35,353 nt of DNA from Bugula neritina (lineage: Eukaryota; Animalia; Bryozoa), in the NCBI GenBank assembly GCA_964035545.1, contig CAXIUT010000227.1, forward strand, positions 1 to 35,353. Reading direction: 5' to 3'. How positions within the stretch are numbered: position 1 is the stretch's first letter; each line of letters begins with the position of its first letter. Made by a program: the position numbers and the translations under genes. This document shows, piece by piece, positions 13,379 through 24,368 of this stretch. The notes below the pieces were generated by a model, which worked only from the letters and a program-made list of their open reading frames with translations, was not told where the DNA came from and did no database searches.

Positions 13379-14299
13379 TCATTCTATTTTTGATATTTTG
13401 ACTAGTTTTTGCATTAATCGATCGACATGTTTTTGCTTGTATCCTGAACAAGCAAAAGTCAAATGCTTATCAACGACCTTTCGATCATAATAAAACTATC
13501 CGTTCTTCAATTTGTCAAAAAGAGCTACAGAAAGATAAATTATTGTGTCTGCTGCTTCTTCTGGAGTCTTTAATTTATCTTTCATCTTCTAGTAAAAATC
13601 TGGCATTGCTTATCTAACTGATGGAGTATCAGACCATCCTGGGTGCATAGAGAAAAACTTGCCAACATTCGGGTATTTTCTAGCGAACTATTAAGCAATG
13701 CAAAGTTGTTGTCTTTTGTTTCTGGCATATTGAGTAGTTCCATCAAAATCTTAATTTTCCATATAAAGGTCTTATGTTTAAAGATCTTGAGTAAGGCAGC
13801 CTCCTGAGCTAACAAAGATAGTTCTTGATTAAGGAGTCATCAGAGGAAGAGTTAATTTTGAAAGAACATAGGCTGCCAAAGTATTAGTTGCAAAATTCTT
13901 CTAAACTCCTTCTTTATTATACTACTTTTTATGTAACATGCAGCCTCCATTATGCACTAGCACGTCGATTCTTTTGCAAAGTTCTTTTAAGCTTTAAGAT
14001 GCTTTGACTATTGACTCTTGATCTTCCAAGTCACAGAGAATGAGCCAAATATTAGCACTATTGGTTTATTTTCTCATAGTTTCTACAGCATCATCACCTC
14101 TTTTTTTATTTCTACAGAGAAGGAAAACTCTTGCTCCTCTAATGGCTGCTTCTTTGGCAGCTGAGTATCCAATGCCGCTATTGGCTCCTGTGATCACAAA
14201 GTTTTTATTTTCCAAGCTTCCATTGAGAGGAGGCAGTGGCTAGTCTCTTTTAGTAAAGTTGAAGTATCCTTTAAGCATGAATTGAAGTTTTCTAAGCAT
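13379..14299 (-). CDS. Short-chain dehydrogenase/reductase, DHRS12-like
   Basis: VITGANSGIG, LLCRN, DVLVHNGGCM, GVEKNFATNTL, VSSGG, catalytic YARNK(RQQ), MHPGWSDTP; 921 nt from ATG to TGA. Confidence 0.9.
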
Positions 14300-14516
14300 G
14301 TTTTTTGTTTTGAGAATATCAGAAATTATAAATTTAGAATAATTAAATCCTACTTAACTAGAACTATTTAAATTTTCTGATCATATTTCATCATAGCATA
14401 ACTAGAATTCTTCCTTTTTATAAAAAAATAAAAATGATAAATATGGTTTTTCAGTCCTCCTTTCGACTTCATATCATGATCTGATTAAGATAATATTTAT
14501 CAATATCAAAATTCAA

Positions 14517-15107
14517 ATGAGTAGTAAAATAATTCTGATAGCCTATGGCATTATCTTCTTTTTCTCTATTATTCAAATAGTTGGTACTTCTTCTGAGATT
14601 CAGCTGGGGGAAAAACCATTAATATTGGAAAGAGTCTTAGTGATAACTCCTCAGATATATATAGAATTCTCTATACCGCATAAGCTGGATATTATTTGGC
14701 TACTGGAATCATTACTTTTATATTTTGCATTGTACTAGCTCTTTTGCTAACAGTTGTCAATAATAAAACATTTCTCAAAAGAACAGCATAATTTCTGATA
14801 TTAATGACAGTATTTTGCCTGCAATTTACTTTGGCTGTATTCAGTGCTATCAATGCATCAGTTCTTTCTAGTCAGGATGATAAATTTAGTACCTTTCCTA
14901 ATTAACGTAAATAAACTCTTTTTTTTAGAATGTAGTTTATCAAGTTTAAAAGATATGTTTGTTGCTACTTCTACATTAAGTTGGCTTTTTGTTTGTCCTA
15001 TTACTGTGGCATCACTGAATTGGATGTGGGGAGATTGGCGTAAAGGACTCAATAAATAAGGTTAGGATTAAACTAATGAATAATCAATTAGAAAAGGTCT
15101 AAACTGA
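14517..15107 (+). CDS. Small four-transmembrane protein
   Basis: Four hydrophobic segments and a charged C-tail ending at TGA 15105-15107; needs at least one frame correction before ~14670. Confidence 0.55.
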
Positions 15108-15204
15108 TAAATAATACTTATATCATATCACTATATAGATAGATTAGAATTATCATATTAAAATAATATCTTTGTAAAAATATCTGATTAAAAGGTGAAA
15201 TCCG

Positions 15205-15897
15205 ATGGGTCAATGCTGTAAGAAGTTGTCTTTACGTCGCAAATCTTAATACTAGATATAGATGATAAAGGTGGAGTCTTTTGGAGGACTTTCTAACACT
15301 GATTTCAAGTTTAGTACTCAAAAGGTAATTGATATGTAAGGTCAACTTTTAATTCTATTCATGAGTCATTCTATTTAAATCAAAACTAACGATCACTTTC
15401 GTAACTTTCCAGCTTACTGTCTTAAAATTAAAGAATATGCTGATGCTTTTTTGTAGTAAAATAATTTAAGGTAGAACTTTTTGAATAAAAAAGTAGATTT
15501 TATGAATTTTAAGATCAAGATTCCTAATTTAAATTATGAGGCGATTAGTATTTTATTTTGTGATATTTGGAATTAGAAGAAAAGCGATAATTAATAGAGA
15601 ATATAAAAGATTTTAAGCAACTATTTTAGTAAAATAAATGACCAACTTTTTAAATCTATAGTAATCAGTTAGTTTCCAAGTATTTTAGGAGTACATCTGA
15701 GACCATGTATCCAAAAAATACTTAATTTTATATTGCTAATGAAAAATAAACCATAGGTTGTTTCATTTTGTTGTTTAAGTAAATAGTCTAAAAATTTATA
15801 TTCACAAGAAATTCAGCAAAAGCCTAAATATGTGGTTAAATCTTTTCTGTAAAATCATATAGATCATTAAATGAGCTAAACAAGTTAGTACTATTGA
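15205..15897 (+). CDS. Hypothetical protein with N-terminal dual acylation motif
   Basis: Uninterrupted 230-aa frame with TAR=Glu; begins MGQCCKKLSLRRKS. Confidence 0.65.
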
Positions 15898-15959
15898 TTT
15901 AATTATTTGTTTTAATTCTATTTAATTAGATTATTTTATATACTATATTTATATAATTT

Positions 15960-16646
15960 ATGGACTAATGCCTTTTCTAAAGAAGAATTAGCAACTTCTC
16001 CTGTTAAATAGATCATATAAAAACAGAAATACAAATTCCTAAGGTTCATTCTTCTTATTTGCCTGAGTTTAGATAATCAACTAATCATCTCTCAGACATA
16101 AGAACAGATTTATTGATGCTTTTTACAAGTAATAAAAACAAGATAAGACATAATGATTACTTAAGGAAGTTAGAAAAGGAAGAGAGATAGGTTTAAGAAT
16201 ATCTTATTGCTGAAATAAACAAAAAATAAAATGAAAATGAATAGTAAAATAGACTAAATTAATTTATTACAGTAAATATCAAGAGAAAAGGATTAAATTT
16301 AAGAGGAAAGGAATCGTATTCTGTTAGATTTGGATTAAAAATCAAGAAAATGACGATAAATTTAAAACTCTTTTGAAATAATATTTTCAATCTCTTGAGA
16401 AAATTAAGAATCATTCGATTGTAGTAACTTAATTTTCTTATTAGTCAAGAATTCCTCTTTAAAAAAGTTTTAGAAGATTGATAAGATACTACTTTGTATT
16501 AACAATAAACCTTCAATAATTGTTTTATTGTTGTCTATCATAAGATTCTAGATAAGTTTATAGAAAATTATCAAAGAAAATATGAAGAATTAAACTAAAC
16601 TTTACAAAGTAAAGGAAAAGAATAATCAAAAAGCAACTATTATTGA
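15960..16646 (+). CDS. Hypothetical charged/coiled-coil protein
   Basis: ATG 15960, E/K-rich frame, probable 22-nt intron near 16424, TGA 16644-16646; indels needed. Confidence 0.4.
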
Positions 16647-16755
16647 TATTTATTTTTAAAAAGTCGCAAATATAATTACTAAAATATATGACAGTTTGTA
16701 ACAGCCTAGGCTATAATAACATAGTTATTTGATAAAAATTTAAATTATCTATCAA

Positions 16756-18787
16756 ATGCAGCACTCTTCAGACTAACTGATTGATCTTTTCTTTCAGAAA
16801 GGAGCTTCTAAATCAGAACAGGGAACTTCAGCTCTGCTCAAAGACATCTTTGATTCTCCAAACGTATTTCCCTCCTGATAAAGATCTTCCTCACTCATCT
16901 TCGCAGTCTGTAAAATCCTGCTACTCGGAGTAAATTGGATATCAAAAAGATCTTTGATCTTTATGATTGTGTTTCCAAATCAAAAAGAGACAGTGACTTG
17001 CTCATCATCTTTGTATAACTGAAATAATGTAGAACAAAACATTTAATAGCTGGATTCATTAAGAAAATTTCAAATCGTTTTTGAAAAGTAGTGAATAACT
17101 CAGATACTTTTTCGTTATTATTTTATGGGATAAGTTTTTTAAAGTTAAAAACTATGATTTTGTAGCTATTCAAGCCTTACAAAACATTCAAAAAACTTCT
17201 CACTACAAATAAATATATATAAACTGGTTGTAAGATCTTCCTGGAGACTACTTCCGAGTTTTATTATCTTTTTGCCATTCAATGCTTGAAACAACTTGTA
17301 AAAGTTTAGTTGAGAAGGAGCAAACTGAGGCAAATAATCGTTAGTTAGCCAAAAAATGTTAAACTCTGTGTTATTTTATGGACTTGTTATTCAGAAGCAA
17401 CAAAAACAAGCAAAGAGTTGGAATAAAAGAGTTTAGTAGCAAATTTTTAGTCAATTTTTTCCAACCGGTATAGCAATTTAAAATATATGCAAGTAAATCA
17501 AATGAATTTAACTTCATTAAATATCCTTTCCTTCTAGATTTTTAATATAAGTATAAACTCATTCAAATTTAATCAGTTTACTAACAAAAGATAAACATTC
17601 GTAAAAATATGTAGAGGGGATTAGCTGCCATGATACAGGATTTTGACTTCAGTGGAGGAAACTTTGGGATAGAAGGGCTTATATATCTTTGTATTTCTAT
17701 CAGAAGAGCTAACATTCTTGATGATTCGATGGAAAAACTGGGAAAAGTCAAACAAAATTTAAGAAGTCCTTTGAGAATTGAGTTTATTGGCTAAGAAGGA
17801 ACTGATTAAGGAGGTGTTAAAAATTAGTTTTTCTCATTGATCACTAAATCAATATTCAATCCTTACTTAGATATGTTTTTGCCTAAAAATTTGGGAAGGT
17901 ATTACTGGTTTAATGGTTTTTCTTACGAAATGCCTGTAAGATTTGAATTTGTTGGTATGCTACTTGGATTAGCTCTCTATAATTCAGTGCATTTGGACAT
18001 TCATTTTCCTGAGATAACTTTTAAAAAGCTACTGAATAAAAAATATGAATAAGATCATGGATTATAGATTATTTAGGATCTCAAAGAGATAGAACCTGAC
18101 CTATATAGATCTTTTAAAGATATTTTATCGACTTAAGAGTCAATTGATTAACTTGAATTATATTTTAGTGTTCAACTTGACTATTTCGGAGAGACAATAG
18201 TTGAAGAGTTAGTAGAGGAAGGCAGTCAAATCAAGGTGACTTTAGATAATAGGGAAGAATATTGTCTATTATATGCCGATTATATCTTGAACAAACATAT
18301 TGAAAAACAGTTTACACCCTTTAGAAAAGGTTTCTATAAAGTATTTAATGGTGGAATTATTGAGGTAATTCATATAATACTTAGAGTTTTGAGCCTGAAG
18401 AATTGAGTGTTCTTATAAACGGTAAAGAAGAAATAAACATAAAATAACTAGAATAAAGTACTACTTATGAAGGTGGATATACAAAAGAAACCTCCAATTA
18501 TCAAGTAATAATAGCCTTAACTTAGACACTTATGGAATTTTTTGCACTCTTTGAAAGACAATTAAAAGAAAAACTTCCTGACTTTTGTAACAGGAACTGA
18601 CCGAGTGCCGATTTAGGGTCTAAAAGCTCTCAAATTCAACATTCAGCGCCATTCTAACACTAGTAATTGGCCTACTGCTCACACTTGTTTCAACGTGTTC
18701 CTTCTTCCCTAGTATGAATCTAAGGAACTCTTGGAGAAAAACATGAAACTAGTTCTTGAACATAATCAAGGATTCGGATTGATATGA
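16756..18787 (+). CDS. HECT-domain E3 ubiquitin ligase (UBE3A/HERC/HECTD2-like)
   Basis: FNFIKYPFLLD, PLRIEFIGEEGTDEGGVKNEFF, VGMLLGLALYN, FLTFVTGTDRVP, catalytic PTAHTCFNVFLLPEY, ends GFGLI*; introns 18365-18384 (20 nt) and 18505-18525 (21 nt); start approximate. Confidence 0.92.
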
Positions 18788-18820
18788 TGTTTAATCTCAA
18801 TGCTATATAGATAATACATA

Positions 18821-20890
18821 TCATTTTTTGTATTTAAATGTCTACTTGTTTTATCTTTATCTTGCTAGTTATCCTTAATGTATTTATTTCTCAAAAATTT
18901 AACTATATTAATCTTTATTAGGAGTTTTTTCTGATCTCTCTTTTGCTATTTAATTCATTGTTTTTGATTTATCTTTAAGAGCATCGAATTAATTCTTTGT
19001 GAATTGGAAAAACTTTTTACTTTCTCTATTAAATCCTAAAGGTATTTTGCCTAACTACCCATCAAATCGATTTTTCTTAATATCGAATATTTTAAATCCA
19101 TCTCTATTTTGAATTACCCAGATATTATCTGCTTCCTGAGTAGCTTTGCTTGTTCCATATATCGAATGGATGCCTATGTCTTAGTTATCTTATGTCTTTC
19201 TTGGATGGATAACGATTGCGATATGTATTTCATATTTTATACTGATTTATCTTAGTTTAGACATGAGAGTATCTTGTAGTTAAAACTTTTTGAAGCCTTC
19301 TGCCTGTTCTGCTAAAAGAAATTGGAGAGTATCAATGATGACCATATGAATATTGTATTTTTAGATGGAATAGATAATGGTTGATAATATTTTTTCAATA
19401 TTGGTTGACCCATAAAAATCCATCAGAAAAAGTGGTAGTTTTTAGAATCTATTAGCTAAATAATCAAATTTCTAAATGTTTTTATTGATATTAAGGTTAC
19501 TGAACTGATTCATCATGTGGGTGATGAGTATTTAATTTCTAATTTAGAAGCTGCCCCACAGAACTCCTATATCTCTTTCAAGAATATCTAGAAACAATTG
19601 TGAAAGAAGGGTTGTTTTACCACTACCTGTAGGTCCAGAAACTATTGTCAGTTCTCCTTTTCTGACTCCTTTGACTTTCTGATTAAAATATGGAAACCAA
19701 TTTACTTAGACTCCTTTCTATAGATCTGAGTTAACGACTCTTGATTTTATTTTATCTCTAAGATTTGAGAAAGTAATTATATTAGAATCTGGTATTGTTT
19801 TTGCTTTTAAAATCAGCTCATTGATCATGGAGGGGTTGCTAAGCAAAAAATCATTGGCATCTTTCATATCGGCAATAGTATGTTTCACTATGAAAGTTTT
19901 CTTTAGTCCTAATTTGTTTGCTATCTTTGATCTATTTAACGTACCAGCTTAATCATTATCCATCCAAAGAAAGATTTTTTAAAATCTATTGAAATAACTG
20001 AGGTGTTAATTGGGCAAATTATTCGCTCCATTAGGTAAAGAGATACTTGGAAAACCTGTTTGTTGATATACAGCCATAGCATCGAACTATCCTTAAGTAA
20101 TGACTACCATTTTATCAGTATTTTTTACTAAATTAAACCCAAAAAGTCCTTTTGCACCTAAAGGCAATTGTCTCATATACTTTTTATTTACTTTGCTTGC
20201 TCCTCTAATTTTAATTTTAGCTAGTTAAGTCCAAGAGTTGAGATAGTAGAAGTTAGAATGTAGTTATTATTTTTATAATTCTTAACTAAAACTAGCCTGT
20301 TTATCTGGATCTATTTTATAAAAAGGAAAGTATACTACTTTTATCATATTCTAAATTCCTTGCTCATCATAGAATTTTTATGTTCCTGCACCTATATTGA
20401 AAGCTTTGATTGTTTTTTAGTTAAATCCTCTTGATACAAGATACTAACGAACTTCTGAGTATTCTTTAAGTTAAAGGTTTTTAATATATAGAAAGTACTA
20501 TGTTTCTGATATTTTTTTAGTTGATTGATTTGCATTTTGTTCATGATTATTATTAAAATAAGAACTAACTGTAAACTAAGAGTCAAGTCCTAGTATTCTT
20601 TAGCGAAATTCCAACCAGTTTCCTTTCTTTGAACATCTAAAACAGTGAAAAAAACCAAATTACTTTTGAACTTGGAGGACATAGAGATTGGTTCTATCTT
20701 CATTATGAGGTTTAGGACAAAAAGGACAGTATTTTAATTTGTAAGCATTTGCTGTCCCATCTATGTATTCTATCTGATGAGAGTTCAAAAATTAATAAAC
20801 TGATATTTTAGGCCTTGAATGTTTTTGCTCAAATTCACTCTTCTAAAATGAAGAAAACGAATATTTTGGCTTATTAGAACTAATTATAGG
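18821..20890 (-). CDS. TWNK: Twinkle / T7 gp4-like mitochondrial primase-helicase, 5'-truncated
   Basis: Zn finger CPFC..HCFRC, TOPRIM VVITEGEFDAMA and LWMDNDEAG, Walker [41 protein letters not shown]. No ATG upstream of the Zn finger: the frame runs into the telomere tract. Stop position approximate. Confidence 0.93.
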
Positions 20891-20972
20891 CCCAACCCCA
20901 ACCCCAACCCCAACCCCAACCCCAACCCCAACCCCAACCCCAACCCCAACCCCAACCCCAACCCCAACCCCA
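20891..20972 (+). repeat. Internal telomeric tract 2 (CCCCAA)n, 82 nt
   Basis: Begins CCCAACCCC directly after GG; perfect repeats; same polarity as the left telomere. Confidence 0.97.
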
Positions 20973-21107
20973 GTTAAGATTGTAATATTATTTTTGCGCC
21001 TAATTAAAATTAATCAAACTAATCATATTAATCCATACATTTATCTTATCAATAATCTACTATAACTGCTAGTGATTCGATATTAATACTTATATAATTA
21101 TTTGATA

Positions 21108-22031
21108 ATGATGATTGATAATCCCGTCTAGAAAATAGACCTACGCCCAGGCAACTACTACCATATCTATCATATTCATTCTAAACACGTTCTGATGTTG
21201 AAGGAGTAGCAGTCTAATGACTATATGCATAAAACTCCTGTGATAGGACCTTATGATGATAATGACTTGAACCAGGTTTGGATGATAGAGTACATCAATG
21301 AGAAAAAGGTCTATTAATTGGTACATTCTTTGTCGACTCTTGTGCTTGAAACAACTATGAAATCGTGTCGGTTGGTGTTTGGTAACTGGGGAAATGGGCA
21401 GCATTATTTTGTTAAAAAACTATAAGTTAATTAGCCTAATACTTTTGTAATTAAAAAAGAAGAGAAAGGCAATGTTTACCTGTATGCTGATCGGGACGGG
21501 GTAATTCAGTTCGGTTAGAAGAAGGAGTAGGACTTATAGATAAGATGGATGTTGAAGATAGCTGAGAAAACTCGAGCTGTTACTCAAAGTGTTCTTTTCT
21601 AAAATGCTTTTACCAATATGACGATTGATGTGCCTGAGGCTTCATCTAAGCCAGGAATGAAGTTAATTCAATTTCCTATCAATAAAAGATTTAATCAGCG
21701 ATTCAAATTGATATTCAATCAGTAGACCAATACATACTGGATTTAAAATGTAAAATCAAAGCTGGTTGTTGATATCAAAGATGCTAGTGATAAGGAAGGA
21801 GCCAATATTATCCAATGGAAAAACAACCAAGGTCTGAATCAGCGTTGGTATCTTTAAAATCAGGGCAAAGATCTCTATAGAATTCGATCAGCTCAGAAAC
21901 CTGAACTGTTTATCGGTGTTAAGAACAATTAATTTAAAGAATGTGCTGAGTTAGTCACTACTAAAAGGGAGGATTTTGCCTTGTGGAGGATTTTAGGAGA
22001 ATTTGAGAGACAGGCCTATACACTTGTTTGA
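21108..22031 (+). CDS. Ricin-B (beta-trefoil) lectin-domain protein
   Basis: Intronless 307-aa frame with QxW-type motifs NQVW, NQRF, VVDIKDASDKEGANIIQW, NQRW. Confidence 0.85.
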
Positions 22032-22131
22032 TTCTATGATTCATCTATATCTAATGAACATTATTCATCTTTAAAATCTTTATTTATAAACTAATGAAAA
22101 AGTCAATCACACTTACTAATCTTCACTGAAT

Positions 22132-23231
22132 TCAGCAAAAGGGTTTTCTAGGATTTATTTGAATCGATTTATCATTTGTTTTTATTTATTTTTCCACTTC
22201 TACGACTTATTCATATTATTATTGATCCATTCTGTTCTCTTTGCTAGCAATCCTGCAATCATGAGGCTATTGATATCTTGTTTTCTTTATTAATTTTAAT
22301 CAAGTTCTCCTAAAATTTGATTATAATTCTATTGGGAAAAACTTTTCTTCTTACTTTTTTTATTAACTTGCTCTTCTGTTATAGACTACTACTATTCTTG
22401 AATTTATCCTCGACTAATAAGTTAGTTTTATAGCATGGCAACTACTTCATCTTATTCTGTTTCTTTGAGAGTGTCTCCTTTGAAAGATACTTTTTTCTAT
22501 CCTTTAGGTAGCTATTTTTCTTCTATTTTGCTAATATTGATTTTACTTGTATGTCCTTTGTTAACAAAATCTATAAATTCTTCCTATATTGGATCCATTC
22601 TATGCATGCTGTAATCATGATGTACTTCCTCTTCATGAATCTATGATAAATTTCCTAACAATCTTATACTGATGTTTGGATCACTGTTTGTTTGACTGAT
22701 AGATCCTAAATGTTTTCTGATCTATTTTACTTATTCTATTCTTTCTTTTAATATTTTTCCTAAACCATTATTCTAACTTGGCTAGGACAATTGCTCTTCT
22801 TTATTTTTTGGCTATTATTATTATTACTACTAAAGATAACCTTCTTTTGAATGGGAATATTATGATTCTATTTTACATAGTTTTTAAAATTATTGATAAA
22901 GATAGCTGTAGTTAGGTTATTATTGGTCTTCATTTTAATCTGAGTCTAGGACTTCTTCTACTCCTATAATCATTTTATCTAGAATGTCAATGGATGGATC
23001 TGGGCCATTGCTCATGAATGAATTTTATTGATTTGTTGCTATAAAGCTGATGCTTGCTTAATTGATTTTCATGGTTATATTTCTTTATGGTTATTCTTTT
23101 CGTTTGTCTTCGAGTTGTTTTAAGGGTGAAAAGGAAGTATTTGTCATTTTCCAGCGAGGAAGCTTACCATTGATATGTTTTCCATGTAAAGGCTTACGAC
23201 TTATTCGATACTTTTATAGTTACTCTTTCAT
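22132..23231 (-). CDS. Hypothetical acidic low-complexity protein
   Basis: ATG 23231 opens a long frame with a run of seven TAR codons (poly-Glu); probable introns in the 3' half; TGA 22132-22134. Confidence 0.5.
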
Positions 23232-23376
23232 GTTAAAGAATAATATTACTATGATGCTATTAGCTTAATTAACTATTTGAATTATTTATTTAAAATATAA
23301 AAGTAGAGGCTATGTTTTTTATTTTCATAAGAAGGCAACTTTTAATAAAATAACTCAATATCTCATTATTTTTACA

Positions 23377-24306
23377 ATGTAATAACCTTTGTATTAGGTT
23401 TAAGCTATTTTAGATAAAAGAGGAACTAAGTATCCTTAGTACTTAGTCAAATGGGTAGGATATGATATCCAAAAATCAACCTGGGAACCGAAATAGTCTC
23501 TAGTTACTCTTCAAGCTATGCTTAGAAAATATAATAGAGAATACGAAAAAAATCCTAATTTTAAATTATCAACCAAAAAATTTGCTTAGTGGAATAATTC
23601 CAAGTATGAATAAGAACAAAAAAGTCGTTTGAAATCTAAAAAATAAGAAAAAATTAGACCTGGCATTCTTAAAAGATCTAGAATAAAAGAGTAAAAAGCA
23701 AAATAAACTCATAAATAATCAAACTAAAGGATCAAATAATAAACAAATGATAGAAACTGTTCAAAATCTAAAGGTAAATTTGAGAAATCAATATTTTAAA
23801 TATAAAAAATGAGTCAAAACAAAAAGAAATAAACAAAATAAGAGAAACCAAATCTTTATCTTTCAAAACTTGAATAAAAAATAAAATAAAAATAAGTAAA
23901 TAAACCAAATCTTTATTTATCAAGACTTAGTTAAAAAATAAAATAAAAATCAGAAAAAGAAGACAAATCATCTAACCTTTATATTTCAAAGTTAGAATAG
24001 AAGGTATCATCGAAAAATAAAGCAAAAGCAAAAATATAAGATATAGTAAAATATAATAATAATATTTAACCTTAATAGAGCAAAGGGATGTTAAGATTAA
24101 AAGAAAATATGACAATTAGAACTAGTGAGATAATATAAGATGACATATAGATATTGAAATTAGTATTTATTCAATCAGAAAATAAAACAATGTTTTAAGT
24201 TTTGGAAAGAAAAACAAAAATTTTAATGGAAGTAAAATAAATAAAGAACAACTATCCGAGAGCACTTTGTAGATTTTATTAAAAGATTTTTATGTTTCAA
24301 ATTTGA
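23377..24306 (+). CDS. HP1-like protein (chromodomain, hinge, chromoshadow-like domain)
   Basis: MEEPLYEVEAILDKR..EYLVKWVGYDIQKSTWEPKESL; K/E-rich hinge; C-terminal IKNNYPRALCRFYEKIF resembles a chromoshadow helix; 930 nt, apparently intronless. Confidence 0.88.
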
Positions 24307-24368
24307 TTCTTGATTTTTTATTAATTATTCCATCTACTTTATATTAAATTATTAATATTATCTTATTG

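Noticed and set aside
198-18787. Functional cluster of three E3 ligases
   Set aside because: E3 genes are abundant in ciliates, and UBR1 lies on a different joined segment from the other two.
18821-20890. Prophage or viral T7-like primase-helicase
   Set aside because: Uses the host TAR=Glu code, has Twinkle-specific motifs and no viral neighbours.
8237-20972. Telomere-bearing transposon bounded by the two internal tracts
   Set aside because: Tracts are direct rather than inverted, there is no target duplication or transposase, and the cargo is housekeeping genes.
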